A stretch of 63,239 nucleotides of DNA, filler included, from Saprolegnia diclina VS20 (Eukaryota): assembly GCF_000281045.1 (NCBI RefSeq). It is 8 parts of 2 records of this genome, joined end to end, with 100 filler letters (N's around TTAATTAATTAA, not from the genome) between each part and the next. Parts side by side here need not be neighbours in the genome. Positions count along the whole stretch, not along the records: positions 1 to 27,061 come from NW_008246086.1; positions 27,162 to 32,075 come from NW_008246086.1; positions 32,176 to 45,649 come from NW_008246086.1; 5 more parts are not named here. One strand, written 5' to 3'. The position numbers and the translations under genes were made by a program. Numbering within the stretch: the first letter of the stretch is position 1; each line of letters opens with the position of its first letter. The notes under the pieces were generated by a model. It was given only the letters and a program-made list of their open reading frames with translations. It had not been told where the DNA came from and did no database searches. This document shows, piece by piece, positions 22,725 through 34,112 of this stretch.

Positions 22725-24095
22725 GCTGGAGGTCGGTCGGTCGGACGGCCGGTCGGGGAAAGTTGTGTCACGAGCGGCCTAAAACGAGCCCAGCCAATGG
22801 CCTTTGAGCTCGTAGCCGTTACTCATAAGCCGCACTTAATGCAATCTATCTTGCTGTTTGTATGAGCGGCAGAGAGAGTCGTTGAAATTCGAAGGCGCAT
22901 TTTGGCGAATTTACCGAATTTTCGAACGGAATCGCCGAGGATCGAAGCTCTGGCGTCGGGTCGGCAAGCTCGATGCTGCGTGTAGGACCGACTATGTACT
23001 GCTCGCTAGAGACATGGAAGGTGCTCCGTTGCAGCGCCACTGCAGCGACGACCGCGCGTGCCCGCCGTCCATGCACTGTGTCAACTGCAGCGATATTTCG
23101 TGGTTGATTGTGGGCAGTTGGGAGGATATCGCGTTCTGCTATTTACACTGTGTCGGCTCCAATACAGTGTATTGGCAGCTGCAGCGTTCGAGCCACGAGT
23201 GTACCGTGTAGGAAGGGCAACGCAGTGGCTCTTGGTGGTGGCGGTGGTCGCTATGGCGCAGCTGCGAGCACCAGCAGTGGGATGGTGCCTGGGAGATGGG
23301 CAGGTGTCGAGGGTTGGCATCACAAGAGTGGACCTGTGCAGCTTGTGCAGCATAGTGGCCTGCCCATTATTTCGTCCTACGACGACGCGCTTCTCGCCGC
23401 TTTGTAAAACTTGAGGGTCCACGGTCGTCGAGGAGCGTGGCTACCTCCGTCAACAGGGCGACAACATCACTGAGAAGCGCCATGAGCGTCACGCCGCCCT
23501 TCCCGCGTTGACCACCGGTCGAGTCGTCGTTCGGCGATGGGTGCGGAAATATCGCGCATGTATTACACGGCGTCGCGTCCTGGCCGCCGTGAGAGTGTAC
23601 ACCGTACCACCGCCGCAGTGAGTGGACAGGTCTTGCCGTAAACACCCAGGAACCTATTAAATACATCGAGATTGATTGTCAACAGGTGCAACACTGCTGC
23701 CTCTGTCGCTTCGCAAACGCCGACACCACTGGCTTTGTGGGTGAAGGCGGTGATACTTCCCAACCCACAGCTCGATACATAGCACGATGCTTTACTACGT
23801 ACGCTCGCGGGTCGCATCACACTCGAAGGAATCAAGTTGATTGAGCGCGATGGTTTATCTAATTTTTGAACTTTACTAAGTTGTTGAAGCTGCTTTGGGT
23901 GGCCGCGTTCGCGGGTGTCATTCCTTTTTGGCCAATGAATACGCGTGCTGGTCGTATTTTTAACCAATCACATAAACTAGAAAATTGAAGATCGCCAAAC
24001 CCAGAGGGTGTGGAAGGTAACGCTGGGCATGTCTCGAGCGGCTCCATTCAGCATTCCACACAGCCAGCAAAAGACGTCGAACGCGCACGACCACC

Positions 24096-25106
24096 ATGGT
24101 GCGACGACCGTTCATCAAGGCAGCACTCGATGGAGTGCTACCAAGCAAGAAGCTCAAGCGACAGATCGAGCACATGCAGGGCACGCTCCACCACGCCCAC
24201 GAGGCGTACGAGCAGGCCACGCACGACCTCGCAGCCATGAGTACACAGATGGACAGCCTCAGCGCCGAGAACGCACGGCTACGCACGGACCTGGAAGCCG
24301 CGCAGGCCAAGGTCGCACAGCTCACGGCCGACCAAGCCGCCATCAGTGAAGCCCACGAACTGCGGGTCTACCGTCTCGAAGCCGAGCTGCGGCTGCAGGA
24401 CGCGCTCAAGCTCCGGTTCAATGCCGAGCGCATGGCGTCCGAGCTCGAGGCCATGCAGGCGCACGCGGAGCACCAGCGCCGCCTCAACCAGCTCGAGAGC
24501 GACCTCATCATGGCCCGCGAGACGCTTCACTGCTTCATGCGCCAGCAGGCCAAGCTCCGGGCCAGCGGCCAAGGCGACATCATGTCGGCCGCGCATGTCC
24601 ACGCGCTCGAAGCCAAGTGCCGGGACCTCAACGACGACCTCCACGTCTACATGCAGCTCAACGCGTTTCTGCGCCAAGAAAACAACGAAAAGACGCTCGC
24701 ACTCCAGGCCGCACTACACAACTTGTACGACGCCAAGCGCAAGACGCTCAAGTCGCCGAGGAAGCCAGCGCTGGTCGTCGAGCCGGCACCCGAGTACGTT
24801 GAAGAGGAGTGCACGTCGAGCTCGGACAGTGAGGATCTGAACCAAGAGCCTCAGTTTGTCGACTGGGACGCCGACCACGACGCCGCCGTCTTTCAGAGCC
24901 TCCACGGTCTCATCCAGAAGCGCGCTCTGAAGGCATTGACGCCGCTGCAGATCCCCACCAAGCCGGCGAGTAGCCGCATCCACCACGCCAAGGGCATGGT
25001 ACGCAAGCGCAGCCCACGCAAAACCCACCACCACGCAAGCCCAAAAGGCAAGACGACGTCCAAAGTCTGCCACACGGCCGAGGCCACCGCAGTCTGCTGC
25101 ATCTAA
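24096..25106 (+). CDS. Coiled-coil hypothetical protein (336 aa)
   Basis: Long heptad-rich helix, acidic patch, basic tail ending VCCI; coding-like GC3 bias. Confidence 0.8.
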   Translation: MVRRPFIKAALDGVLPSKKLKRQIEHMQGTLHHAHEAYEQATHDLAAMSTQMDSLSAENARLRTDLEAAQAKVAQLTADQAAISEAHELRVYRLEAELRLQDALKLRFNAERMASELEAMQAHAEHQRRLNQLESDLIMARETLHCFMRQQAKLRASGQGDIMSAAHVHALEAKCRDLNDDLHVYMQLNAFLRQENNEKTLALQAALHNLYDAKRKTLKSPRKPALVVEPAPEYVEEECTSSSDSEDLNQEPQFVDWDADHDAAVFQSLHGLIQKRALKALTPLQIPTKPASSRIHHAKGMVRKRSPRKTHHHASPKGKTTSKVCHTAEATAVCCI

Positions 25107-27061
25107 TTTGCCCCATATTTAGCGCTAAAGCCACACACACACAACTCCGTAGAGTGTGCCACGAATCACTAACTTATAGAACCTAATATGATTTTCTATT
25201 CCAACAAGTTGCGCGTCCGACGTCCTGCTTGGCGCGCCGCTCGCTTCCTCGTGTCCTGTCAAACCCGGGCAGCGTTTGCGCGACAAGCCTCCGTGGGATA
25301 CTACAGCATCCCGTACCATGTAATCGTGCCTGTCTCTGGGAAGCTAGAAGGGGCAGCTGAACGACGACTGATGTCTGAGACGAAGTAGCTTCGTCAACTT
25401 GGTTGAAGGTTAACCACCTCCAACACTGGGTGCATGCGTGTCGGCCGTCTTCAAGCGCGCGGCGCAAGACGTAGCGACCAACGCCGCAACTCTAGCCAAC
25501 GACCGGAGCATCAGTGCCTGTTTGTGGTTCGTCGCGAGTTAAAAACACGCAAGTCTAGCTCTTGGGTGCTGCTCAACGGCATGCATTTTTGGCACCGTTC
25601 GAGGTGCATATGCGTCCAGAGCCACCAGTTTTGCGTCGTGCAAGGGCAAGCAGCTCGAGAATCCATTGAAAAAAGCGCAGAGTGCTTGAATTTTGTGCTG
25701 CTTCTGGCGCCTGATCCCGGCTTTCCATGCAGACGACGAGCGTTCGCCCGTCGCCGCGACCTCAACGAACGTTGCTCTTGGGTGCATGTACAAGGACACT
25801 CAACATGCATGGACGAAATGCGTGGGCGACGCGGGCAACATCATCGATTCAGTCGAGTGCCCGCGTGGGCTGTCCGACGAAAAGTTGCGTTTATTTAGTC
25901 GATGCCACGAATCTCGATCCGGACCAATCACAGCGCGTTCTATTTTTTGCAAATTGGCGCCAAGCCGGGCAAGATCCCGGAACGATCAGCGCGACGTGTG
26001 CAATAGCGGCAGCACGTAGCGCGACAGGACCTTGTGCGTCCGGTTGAGAGACACAGGAGGGATGTGGCGGCTCCTATGTCTCGATGTGCCACATCGTTGT
26101 GTGCGACTAATGCAAGCCAGCGCGGTCCTGGTCGACGCGAACCATCCTAATTGTCGAGGAGCAAACATTGGACCACGGGCTGAATGGATGCCAAAAGTTA
26201 AAAAGTTGCAGCCCTTGTCAAGTTCCGTCGTGGGACATGCTGCCGCGATTGGAGGTGCTTTACAGTGTACAGCTTTGATGTAATCGCGTCATTGAAGCAC
26301 TATTCGAGCAGCCGCCTAGGGGCACGTCGTCACCGTGAGATCACGAACGTCAAAGGCCTCCTAAGATATGTAATACGTCCTCGTCCTGGACACATCACCT
26401 CTCATCCCTTAAACCCGCGTCGCACGACGACGACAGCCTGCTTCTTCTGTCGCCAACGGTGCATGTCCTCGCGTAAAGGAGCTCCTGCCGGACCCATCGC
26501 GTTCACCATTTTCGCTTCTTTCTTGATCGAATTCGTAGCAACTGCGATCGATTTCGACAAATTCTTGATTGGCGTCATCACCGACACTGGTGTCATGTAA
26601 GCGTCGATGATAGACGAGTACGGTGCGGTATTCGTAATAAGAGTAAACGCTTGGAATGCTTTGGCGTCTAGTCCTACAGGGATACTCGATCCGTCACTTG
26701 GCGTATGTTCCTCTCCTCTACGACAAAGCTCTACGGTTACGTGAGCAAGCATCGACCTAGTGACTACGAGTGATCCCACTCCTTCAATTTGCACCATCGT
26801 ACACGTATTCCAGCAGTCGATACCATTTTTTTGCAGGGAATGTGATTTCGTCAGCGATTGTCAGCATTTTTGGTATCACGGTCGTCCATTCGCGCCAAGT
26901 ATCAAGCTCGTGTAGCCAGATATCAAGTGCGCTTCTGCATGCGGTGAACAGTACTGGAGGATTCACTCGTTATCCTGCTGCTTCGCGCACGATAACAAGT
27001 GGACATGCTCGCACTGCTGCTTCGATCGCACGTGGCGAGTTTCTTTCACGAGCAATACCCT

Positions 27062-27161
27062 NNNNNNNNNNNNNNNNNNNNNNNNNNNNNNNNNNNNNNN
27101 NNNNNTTAATTAATTAANNNNNNNNNNNNNNNNNNNNNNNNNNNNNNNNNNNNNNNNNNNN
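27062..27161. other. Artificial contig-join spacer (N44-TTAATTAATTAA-N44); identical spacers at 32076-32175, 45650-45749, 56064-56163, 57303-57402, 60075-60174, 61872-61971
   Basis: Exactly 100 nt each, with a six-frame-stop linker centred in the Ns. Confidence 0.97.
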
Positions 27162-27481
27162 ACGAGAACCGCGTCATGTGGTTGTCTTTGTAGGAACATT
27201 GCGCGTGGCTCTTGCAACACATGACCAAGAGGCAAAGATTCCCTTGCGACTGACTCGAATCTTGTACTGCAGTCCCTGGCATCTGAGGCTGCCACGTAAA
27301 CAAGAATGATAGTCTTATGCATGTCGCATGGAACGGTAAGCGTCCCGTCCAACCGTCCAAGGCAACTGCACTGCATCCATCCTCTTTGTCAGAGCTGATC
27401 TTGTGCGCGACATAAAGGAGTGACGCCGCACGTTGGGGCAAACCTTGTTTCAAAGGTTTCGTCACAACCACTCGCGCGCCC

Positions 27482-28165
27482 ATGCCCACTCACGTCTTCC
27501 GTTTTCTCTGGCCTCTGATGCTCGGTCTCGTGTTGAAACAAAGCGTCGCTGCCGCGTCCAACATGACAAACATACCATCCATTGTCTCGGTCTGCGAGTT
27601 GTGCGCGACAACGGGGCAGTGCCGTGGCCCCGGTCTTAGCGCGACAAAGTACTGCGGCGTCTTTTTCGAGACGGCGACCATGTCGCCGCAGTCGTGCTGC
27701 TGCGCCGTGGCACTCGCGTGTCCGAAAGCTACCGATGCGCTGTGCACATGCACCGAGATCCCGTCGGACGGGCATTCGATCGATTGGCTTTCGAGCATCG
27801 TGTTGCCTGCAGCGGGCGCGGCACTATTCCTTGTCCTGGCGTACTGCTTGTGTTGCGACTGGACATGCTGGTCGACCGTGGGATGCCGCGCGTGCAGACC
27901 AAGAGGCGCGTATTGCGAAAGCCTCGAGGATCACGAACGCGTGTGGCAAGAGATTGAAGCCGAGCGGCTGCGTCTTGCACGGATGCCGGATGCGCGCGTC
28001 CAGCCGCTTCTCGTCGAGAATAAGGAATTTGGGGTCGTGGAGTCGGAGCTTGCTCTCGACGTATCGGAGCCAACAGTCAAGCCGATATGTTACTTTATCG
28101 ACGACGTGACGACATTACGGTCTGACGGTACAGCGTCGTGGCACGCTCCATTCGTGTACACGTAG
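27482..28165 (+). CDS. Cys-rich single-pass membrane protein (10-Cys ectodomain), family copy A
   Basis: Signal peptide; CELCATTGQC...KYCGVF...CCCAVALACP...CTC; TM IVLPAAGAALFLVLAY; Cys-rich juxtamembrane segment. Confidence 0.8.
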   Translation: MPTHVFRFLWPLMLGLVLKQSVAAASNMTNIPSIVSVCELCATTGQCRGPGLSATKYCGVFFETATMSPQSCCCAVALACPKATDALCTCTEIPSDGHSIDWLSSIVLPAAGAALFLVLAYCLCCDWTCWSTVGCRACRPRGAYCESLEDHERVWQEIEAERLRLARMPDARVQPLLVENKEFGVVESELALDVSEPTVKPICYFIDDVTTLRSDGTASWHAPFVYT

Positions 28166-28347
28166 CTATAGTAGCTACACATATACATAGAAGTATGTCA
28201 TGCCTCAAACGCGCACAATGAAATTCAACTTTTCAAACTATTAGTTTTGTTTCATAATTTCGTTCGGACAATTCTGGGATCCATAGTTTATGCTATATCA
28301 AAATCCAGAACATTTTTGGTTCAGAAGCCAATGTTCAAAAAGGCATC

Positions 28348-28899
28348 ATGTCGACCTCTTTTCTGGTGCGAGCGGTGCTTCTCGTAGCCGCCGCCACCAC
28401 CACCTCGGCAACGACGACAATACCGAGTCGATCACCATGCCACGTGTCCGCAACGACGGAGCAGTGTCTCAGCGCCGGTGCCAGCGGCGAGCTCGGCTAG
28501 TACTGCGGCGCCTTTCTGAGCCAAGACACAACGCTCTTGGAGGCGTGCTGCTGCTCCGTCGTTCAAATGTGCCCGCCGCCCGGCCTCGACGCACGCTGTG
28601 TCTGCGCGAGCGTCCAGTCTCCCGCGCCGCCCAGTCCCGTACAACGTCACGTCGCTTGTAATCCTTGGTGCGATTCTGTTCTCATCATCGGACTTTTCTA
28701 CGGCGTTGTCTTGCTGGAGTTTGTAAATTGCAACTCGGACTGCTGGCGCCGCAGGAAGCGCGCTCAAAATGAAGCGCGACGGCAACGCGAGGCAGTGACA
28801 GCTCAAGTCGTCGTTGAACAAGCGACATTGGCGCCCACGTACGCCGCACCTGCCACGCAGAAGCACGCTAGCACCAACGAGCCCTCTTGCCCACCATGA
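28348..28899 (+). pseudogene. Cys-rich single-pass membrane protein, family copy B, with in-frame TAG
   Basis: MSTSFLVRAVLLVAAA...CHVSATTEQC...G*YCGAF...CCCSVVQMCP...CVC...TM. TAG at 28498-28500 replaces the Lys of KYCG, and the second Cys is Ser. Confidence 0.75.
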
Positions 28900-29584
28900 C
28901 CCTATGTCGAAACACAGTTTTTGAAAGCTCTTACACTGCGACACATGTGAAGACAGCACTCATGAATAGAAATGTCGACGGTTGTGAGACGACTGAGTAC
29001 AAACGATTTGCACATTGTACGCAGAACGTACATAATCTTTGACGATCTGGAGCCGTCGAACGCGGCACCAAAATGCCGTGGTGACGACCGTCGTCAGCTT
29101 GGCTCCACGTGCCTGCTTGTCGCCAGTAGGTTTTCTTGCGGTTTGCTCGCACCACTTCTGGTCCCCGGCATCGCACAGAAACAGCATCCAGAACTGTTTT
29201 TGAAATCCATGGGCTACGATCTGATTGCGAAGAAATGACCAATCCTTGAGGACCCATGCGTGGCTCTGTGTCGACACAGATGCGAGGATGGCGTGACGTT
29301 GATTGCGATCGTGAAACCAAAAGCTCTAGGAACCAAGGGCCAATAAACCTTGTAGGAACAAACCACTTCGGACGGATCGATAATCAAGTGCTGTACCGAT
29401 ATTGGGCGCCGTGGGCATACCAACGCCATAGTGTCTCGTGGGCAATATTATCTTTCATAGCACGCAGACTCGCTCGTTATGTCTTTGAGCTATGCGAATG
29501 AACTCACCGATTTTCAACAAACACACTTGTGCAGATTGAAATTGAGATGGATACATTTACTCGTATTATATGTCTAAATTGCAT

Positions 29585-30274
29585 TCAGATAGTTGCGTCT
29601 TTGGCGGATATGGGAATCGTCGAGACGAAAATGGCTTCGGGATATTGATCGAATTCACGCTGCCGAGCTTCTTCCTCGCGCGCGAGCCGACGCGCCTCTT
29701 TCTCTTCTGCAATCCGACGCGCTTTGTATTCGCGGTTGGCTTCAATCCGTCGCGTTTCAGCGGCCGCCCTCGCCGCAGATGCGCGAGCTTGTGCTTCGGC
29801 AGCACGAGCTTCAGCTTCAGCGTCGGCGTCGTCGACCTCGGGGGCGCGGGTTGAATTTTCCAAAATATATTGCTTTTCAATCCACGTCTCGTCGGCCATG
29901 CCAAAGCAATGACGGCACAGCGTGTAGAGAATGAAGACGAGGCCTGGCCCGACAAGGAACCCGAGGTAGATCCAAACCCTTGGGTCGGCCGGGGGCGCTG
30001 GGGGCGCCGGTATCGGCCCATCGCAAGTACACAGCGTGTCACGACCGGCCACCGGACATGATTGAGCTATAGCGCAGCAGCACCACTGCGGCACGAGTGT
30101 ATTCTTGCTGGCGAAGGTGCCGCAATACTTGCCGGCGTCGCCATGCCAGCTTGCACTGGCGCAGCTGCCGTTCGTCGCGCACTCATAGCACGGAAAGTGC
30201 GGTGTAGTTGGTACCGGCGCAATGGCGGATACGGTGGCGATGAGAGCGGCGAGGAGGAATTGAACCCGCGACAT
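29585..30274 (-). CDS. Cys-rich single-pass membrane protein, family copy C, with charged helical cytoplasmic tail
   Basis: Signal MSRVQFLLAALIATVSA; CYECATNGSC...KYCGTF...CCCAIAQSCP...CTC; Pro stalk; TM VWIYLGFLVGPGLVFILYTL; E/R/A-rich tail. Confidence 0.82.
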   Translation of the reverse strand: MSRVQFLLAALIATVSAIAPVPTTPHFPCYECATNGSCASASWHGDAGKYCGTFASKNTLVPQWCCCAIAQSCPVAGRDTLCTCDGPIPAPPAPPADPRVWIYLGFLVGPGLVFILYTLCRHCFGMADETWIEKQYILENSTRAPEVDDADAEAEARAAEAQARASAARAAAETRRIEANREYKARRIAEEKEARRLAREEEARQREFDQYPEAIFVSTIPISAKDATI

Positions 30275-30547
30275 TGAAATGAAAACTGGAAGGCGGAGTG
30301 CCACGACACGGATGCGCGATATTCAGTGACGAGTCAGATTCTTGACAACCACTATGTTCAGAAACACGCGATACACGTGCGATGCATTGTTGTGGCTACT
30401 GTGCAGCTCGTTGGCAATAATTCCCGCCATGAAACACGTACGCCAAGGAAACAAGGAGCCAAGCTATATACATGTAGCTTAGTACTACTAGTAGTACTTT
30501 CTATGTGTGTAGTAGCAACCAAGAAACAGCACACGGTAACGTTCAAT

Positions 30548-30598
30548 AGTATGTGGCCTACCTGTACACAGTTAGTATGTGGCCTACCTGTACACAGT
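30548..30598. repeat. Tandem duplication of a ~26-bp unit
   Basis: AGTATGTGGCCTACCTGTACACAGT occurs twice. Confidence 0.85.
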
Positions 30599-30697
30599 AG
30601 TGATTCCTTGAAGAACCGTCCGTTTACGACCCCCCGACATGACGGATTATTCGTTTGGCATGACGAAACCGTCGTCACATGGTGGACACATGTGTTT

Positions 30698-30821
30698 TCG
30701 CAGGTGTAGGTATTATCAAAAAATATTTTTAAAATTCCTGCACCTGCGATTTAAATTTAGCAATTTAAATGGGTGTAAACGACAGAGCGTTATCGTCGAT
30801 AACGCTCTATCGTTTACACCC
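30698..30821. repeat. Three adjacent inverted repeats, including a 51-bp near-perfect palindrome
   Basis: 30698-30710/30737-30749 (13 bp, 1 mismatch); 30749-30770 (ATTTAAATT-tagc-AATTTAAAT); 30771-30795/30797-30821 (25 bp, 1 mismatch). Confidence 0.9.
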
Positions 30822-32175
30822 GAATACTAGCATCATATTGCGTACCTACGTCTTCTTGATCTGCTTGCCCGTGGCGCACATCATCGGTGCTTGCGACCCG
30901 CCGTCACCAGCACCACCCGAGCCGTAACCGGTTCGAGATTCAATGGCATGCGGAATGAATCTTGTCCGATGACTAGTTGTTGAAGTGAGTTTATTCATGT
31001 ATAATTTTCACAGAGCTGGTTTTTGGGGGTGGACTTTCGACTCGGAGCGTGTTGTGCTCGACAGCAAGGCTTAGCCGTGTCACAGGCGAGGCGTATGGAT
31101 GGCGCAAGCCGGGACCAGGTGGTCACGAAGCCAGACGTCGTGGCGCAGGGCGTTCATCATGTCGAAGAGACACATCGCTTGGGTAGTCAGCAGCAAGTGG
31201 TGAAAATGCAGCTTGGTCAACAACGCGGCGCGGGTAGCGGCCGCTTCGGGCGTCAGACGGGCGCCTCGGGATGGAAGACGCGGTCATTTCGGGCGAGCCA
31301 GCCAGTGTGCAGCACAAAGGCTCGTAGAACCAGCCACACCATGTCGACCGCGCGTTTGCCCGATGACTAGTTGTTGAGGCTACGCGCAGAGTTCCACGAC
31401 ACGTGTATGCGATATTCAGCGACGAGCCAGATGCCCAACGCGTGGACCATCACATCATGTAAAAACACGCAACGCAGAGGAACGGGTCAGCTATTGACGT
31501 AAAGAGAGTAGCAGCGCAAGGAATAACGATTAGCTTCCTCCGACCTGTTGACCAATCCGTAAAGACTACGAGAGGGCATCTCGGGCTGTGCTTATTCGCC
31601 GACAAGACCCACGCAGCACCGTCGAACCAGATTCGATCGGTGGTTTCTCTTCACGAGATCGTGATCGTCGATGCGCTTGTGAGACAGCAAGATGGCTACT
31701 GCGCAGCTCGCTGGCACAAAAGAAAGCAAAAATTGTGCTGTTCCACCTCCTAGCGAGCAAACGTCGAAGGAGCCATCCCCACGAAGGCAGCGACGCTGCT
31801 CTTTCCGCGATCGCGGTGAAGCTCCAGAAGACCTACTGTACAGGGCACTTTCGTCAGTAGATAACCCTACACGCTACCATTGCTTACAACGGACGACCAC
31901 TCGGCGAGGAATCTGCCAGGAACAGAGAGCTGCCACATAATCATGATCGCATGGTGGCACACCTAGTACGCATGTGTTTTGGCAGGTTTGGTTGTTGCAG
32001 TGTGCCGTGAGATTTTCATTTTCGCTAAATATTGCAACGCGGTCGTTCGTTTTCACATTCTACCTTTCGCACCACNNNNNNNNNNNNNNNNNNNNNNNNN
32101 NNNNNNNNNNNNNNNNNNNTTAATTAATTAANNNNNNNNNNNNNNNNNNNNNNNNNNNNNNNNNNNNNNNNNNNN

Positions 32176-32373
32176 GGCGTGTCACCGCCAGCACCAGAGC
32201 CGGAAGACCCGTACAAGATGCACAACGCCTATGTCTTAGCGCTGGGCACAACGCCATTGGCGTTCGCTAGTTGCTACCTTTTCTGGCTGTTGTTTGCTTG
32301 CTACTGCAGGATCCCAAGATGCCGCAAGAACCTGCAGAAGCGGCGCGAGCGAGCGCTTCGAAGCGAGCGGTAG
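32176..32373 (+). CDS. 3' fragment of a probable fourth Cys-rich single-pass family member (5' end lost at contig join)
   Basis: Pro stalk SPPAPEPEDP, hydrophobic TM, Cys cluster, then basic/charged tail: the same layout as copies A-C. Confidence 0.45.
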   Translation, partial: GVSPPAPEPEDPYKMHNAYVLALGTTPLAFASCYLFWLLFACYCRIPRCRKNLQKRRERALRSER

Positions 32374-32837
32374 CTGGACGACGCAACGCGGCATACCGAG
32401 TCGGCCTACGCCAGCCGATCCAACTAATCGTACGAGTATATATATATTGCTCCAGCTGTCGCGCGCCTGGCTCTAACTATAAGACATATTCTGAGTTTGC
32501 AAACTTATTGCTGGGTTTGAATCGTGGCGCTGTTGTTGGAGGCGCGTCGTGCTTCGAGGCGGCGGGCTCTTTGACGGGCCAATTAAACAAGGTTGCTGCA
32601 TTCGTCACGAAAGTTGTGCTGATACTTGAGCCAGTGTCCTAGACAATAGTAAGCGCGCCGCATCGACATATTATCCACATTCTCACAATATCCTTGATTT
32701 TGCATTTTTTCAACCTTACAATCGGGAAAGCATTTCGTGCTGCCACGTCATAGACCCTGTCGATATCAAAAGTCAAAGGTTTTCGACTGTGGATATCAAT
32801 CGCCACAGGTTTTCGAAACGACGGGAACCCGACTGGG

Positions 32838-34112
32838 ATGGATCGCCCGAGGTCGCTGGAAGAGTCGGTCAAGAAGTCGTCCGTCGCCTCGGTGGGCGCG
32901 CTCCTCACGGCGCTCCTGGTATGGCATGCGTCATGTCCCTTGCCAGCGCGTGTATGCTAACCGCGCTCTAGGTCACCCGTACGTCCGATGCGCTTCCGTC
33001 TTCATCTTGCTGAGCGTGGCGTAGCGCTCGAGGTGGCCAAGACCCGACTTCAGGCCCAAGTGCCCACGACGTCTGTCCTAACCGTCAAGACGACACCGGT
33101 ACAGTAGCCTCGTACGGCCATATGCATCACCAGCGACGCTAGGCCACGTACTGCTACTGCACGCACTACTCGTTCTCGAACGGGCTCATGGACCACATGG
33201 TGTCCAAAGCGCGTACGAATCTGTTTCCACCGCCGGGCGACGCCGGCGCGCACGAGCTGCATCCCAACTGCCCGATGCACTCGCCATCGCCGTCGACGTC
33301 GACGCCCAAGCTGCGTGGCACCGCGCATGCGCTCACGCACATTGTCCGAACCGAAGGCTTGTCGGCTTTGTACGCTGGCTTGTCGCCCATGCTTCTCATC
33401 GCTGTGCCATCGACCGTCTTCTACTTCACCTCGTACGACATGCTCGTATCCAAGGCGCGCCGCGACTACCCAAGCATCGCGCCCATTGCGCCCTTCTTTG
33501 CCGGCGGCATCGCGCGCTGCATCGCAGCGACTGTCGTCTCGCCGCTCGAGCTCATCCGCGTGCGCATGCAAGCGAGTCCGAACGCCGGCGGGTTCCTTCA
33601 CGTCGTGCGCAGCAGCATCAGCGACGGCTTCTTCTCGCTCTGGCGCGGGCTCGCACCGACGCTCGCCCGGGACGTGCCCTTCTCAGCGCTCTACTGGTCG
33701 AGCTTCGAAGTCCTCAAGCAAACTTTCACGACGATGGCAGCAACGACCACCGATAGCGACTGCACGCCGGCCCAAGTCCGCCTTGGCATCGCATTTGCGT
33801 CCGGTGCGACTGCAGGTGCTGTCTCGACGATCCTCACACAGCCGTTTGACGTCATCAAGACCAAGCAGCAGATCCACAACTTCTCCAAAGGCGTTCCTGA
33901 GAGCGAAGCGTCCGCGTCGATCTACAGCATGCTGCGCGATATAGTTCGCCTTGAGGGCGTGGGTACGCTACGCTGCTCATGGACAAGAGCTGACACGTTG
34001 CGTAGGTGGCATCATGACGGGCCTCTCGGCGCGCGTCGCCAAGGTCGCTCCGGCATGTGCCATCATGATCTCGACGTACGAAGCCGGCAAGCAGTATCTC
34101 GGTGTCGAGTAA
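32838..34112 (+). CDS. SLC25A40: Mitochondrial carrier, SLC25A39/40 (yeast Mtm1) subfamily; 5 exons including a 7-nt micro-exon
   Basis: Signature motifs PLEVAKTR, PLELIRVR, PFDVIKTK; subfamily motifs CYC...NGLMDH, RDVPFSALYW, KVAPACAIMISTYE. Introns 32919-32971, 32979-33024, 33099-33142 and ~33963-34006. Confidence 0.9.

Noticed and set aside
26402..27061. Broken minus-strand ORFs at the contig end
   Set aside because: Stops and frameshifts with no recognisable motif; cannot be assigned.
27106..27117. Recurrent TTAATTAATTAA as a biological repeat
   Set aside because: Always centred in Ns with identical spacing, so it is an assembly linker.
28498..28500. In-frame TAG as programmed readthrough or recoding
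   Set aside because: A second lesion (Cys to Ser) in the same domain favours simple pseudogenisation; TAG is an ordinary stop in other genes here.
30771..30829. Definite Helitron 3' end
   Set aside because: The hairpin is much longer than typical, CTAG is not followed by T, and no 5' end was identified; kept only as one option.
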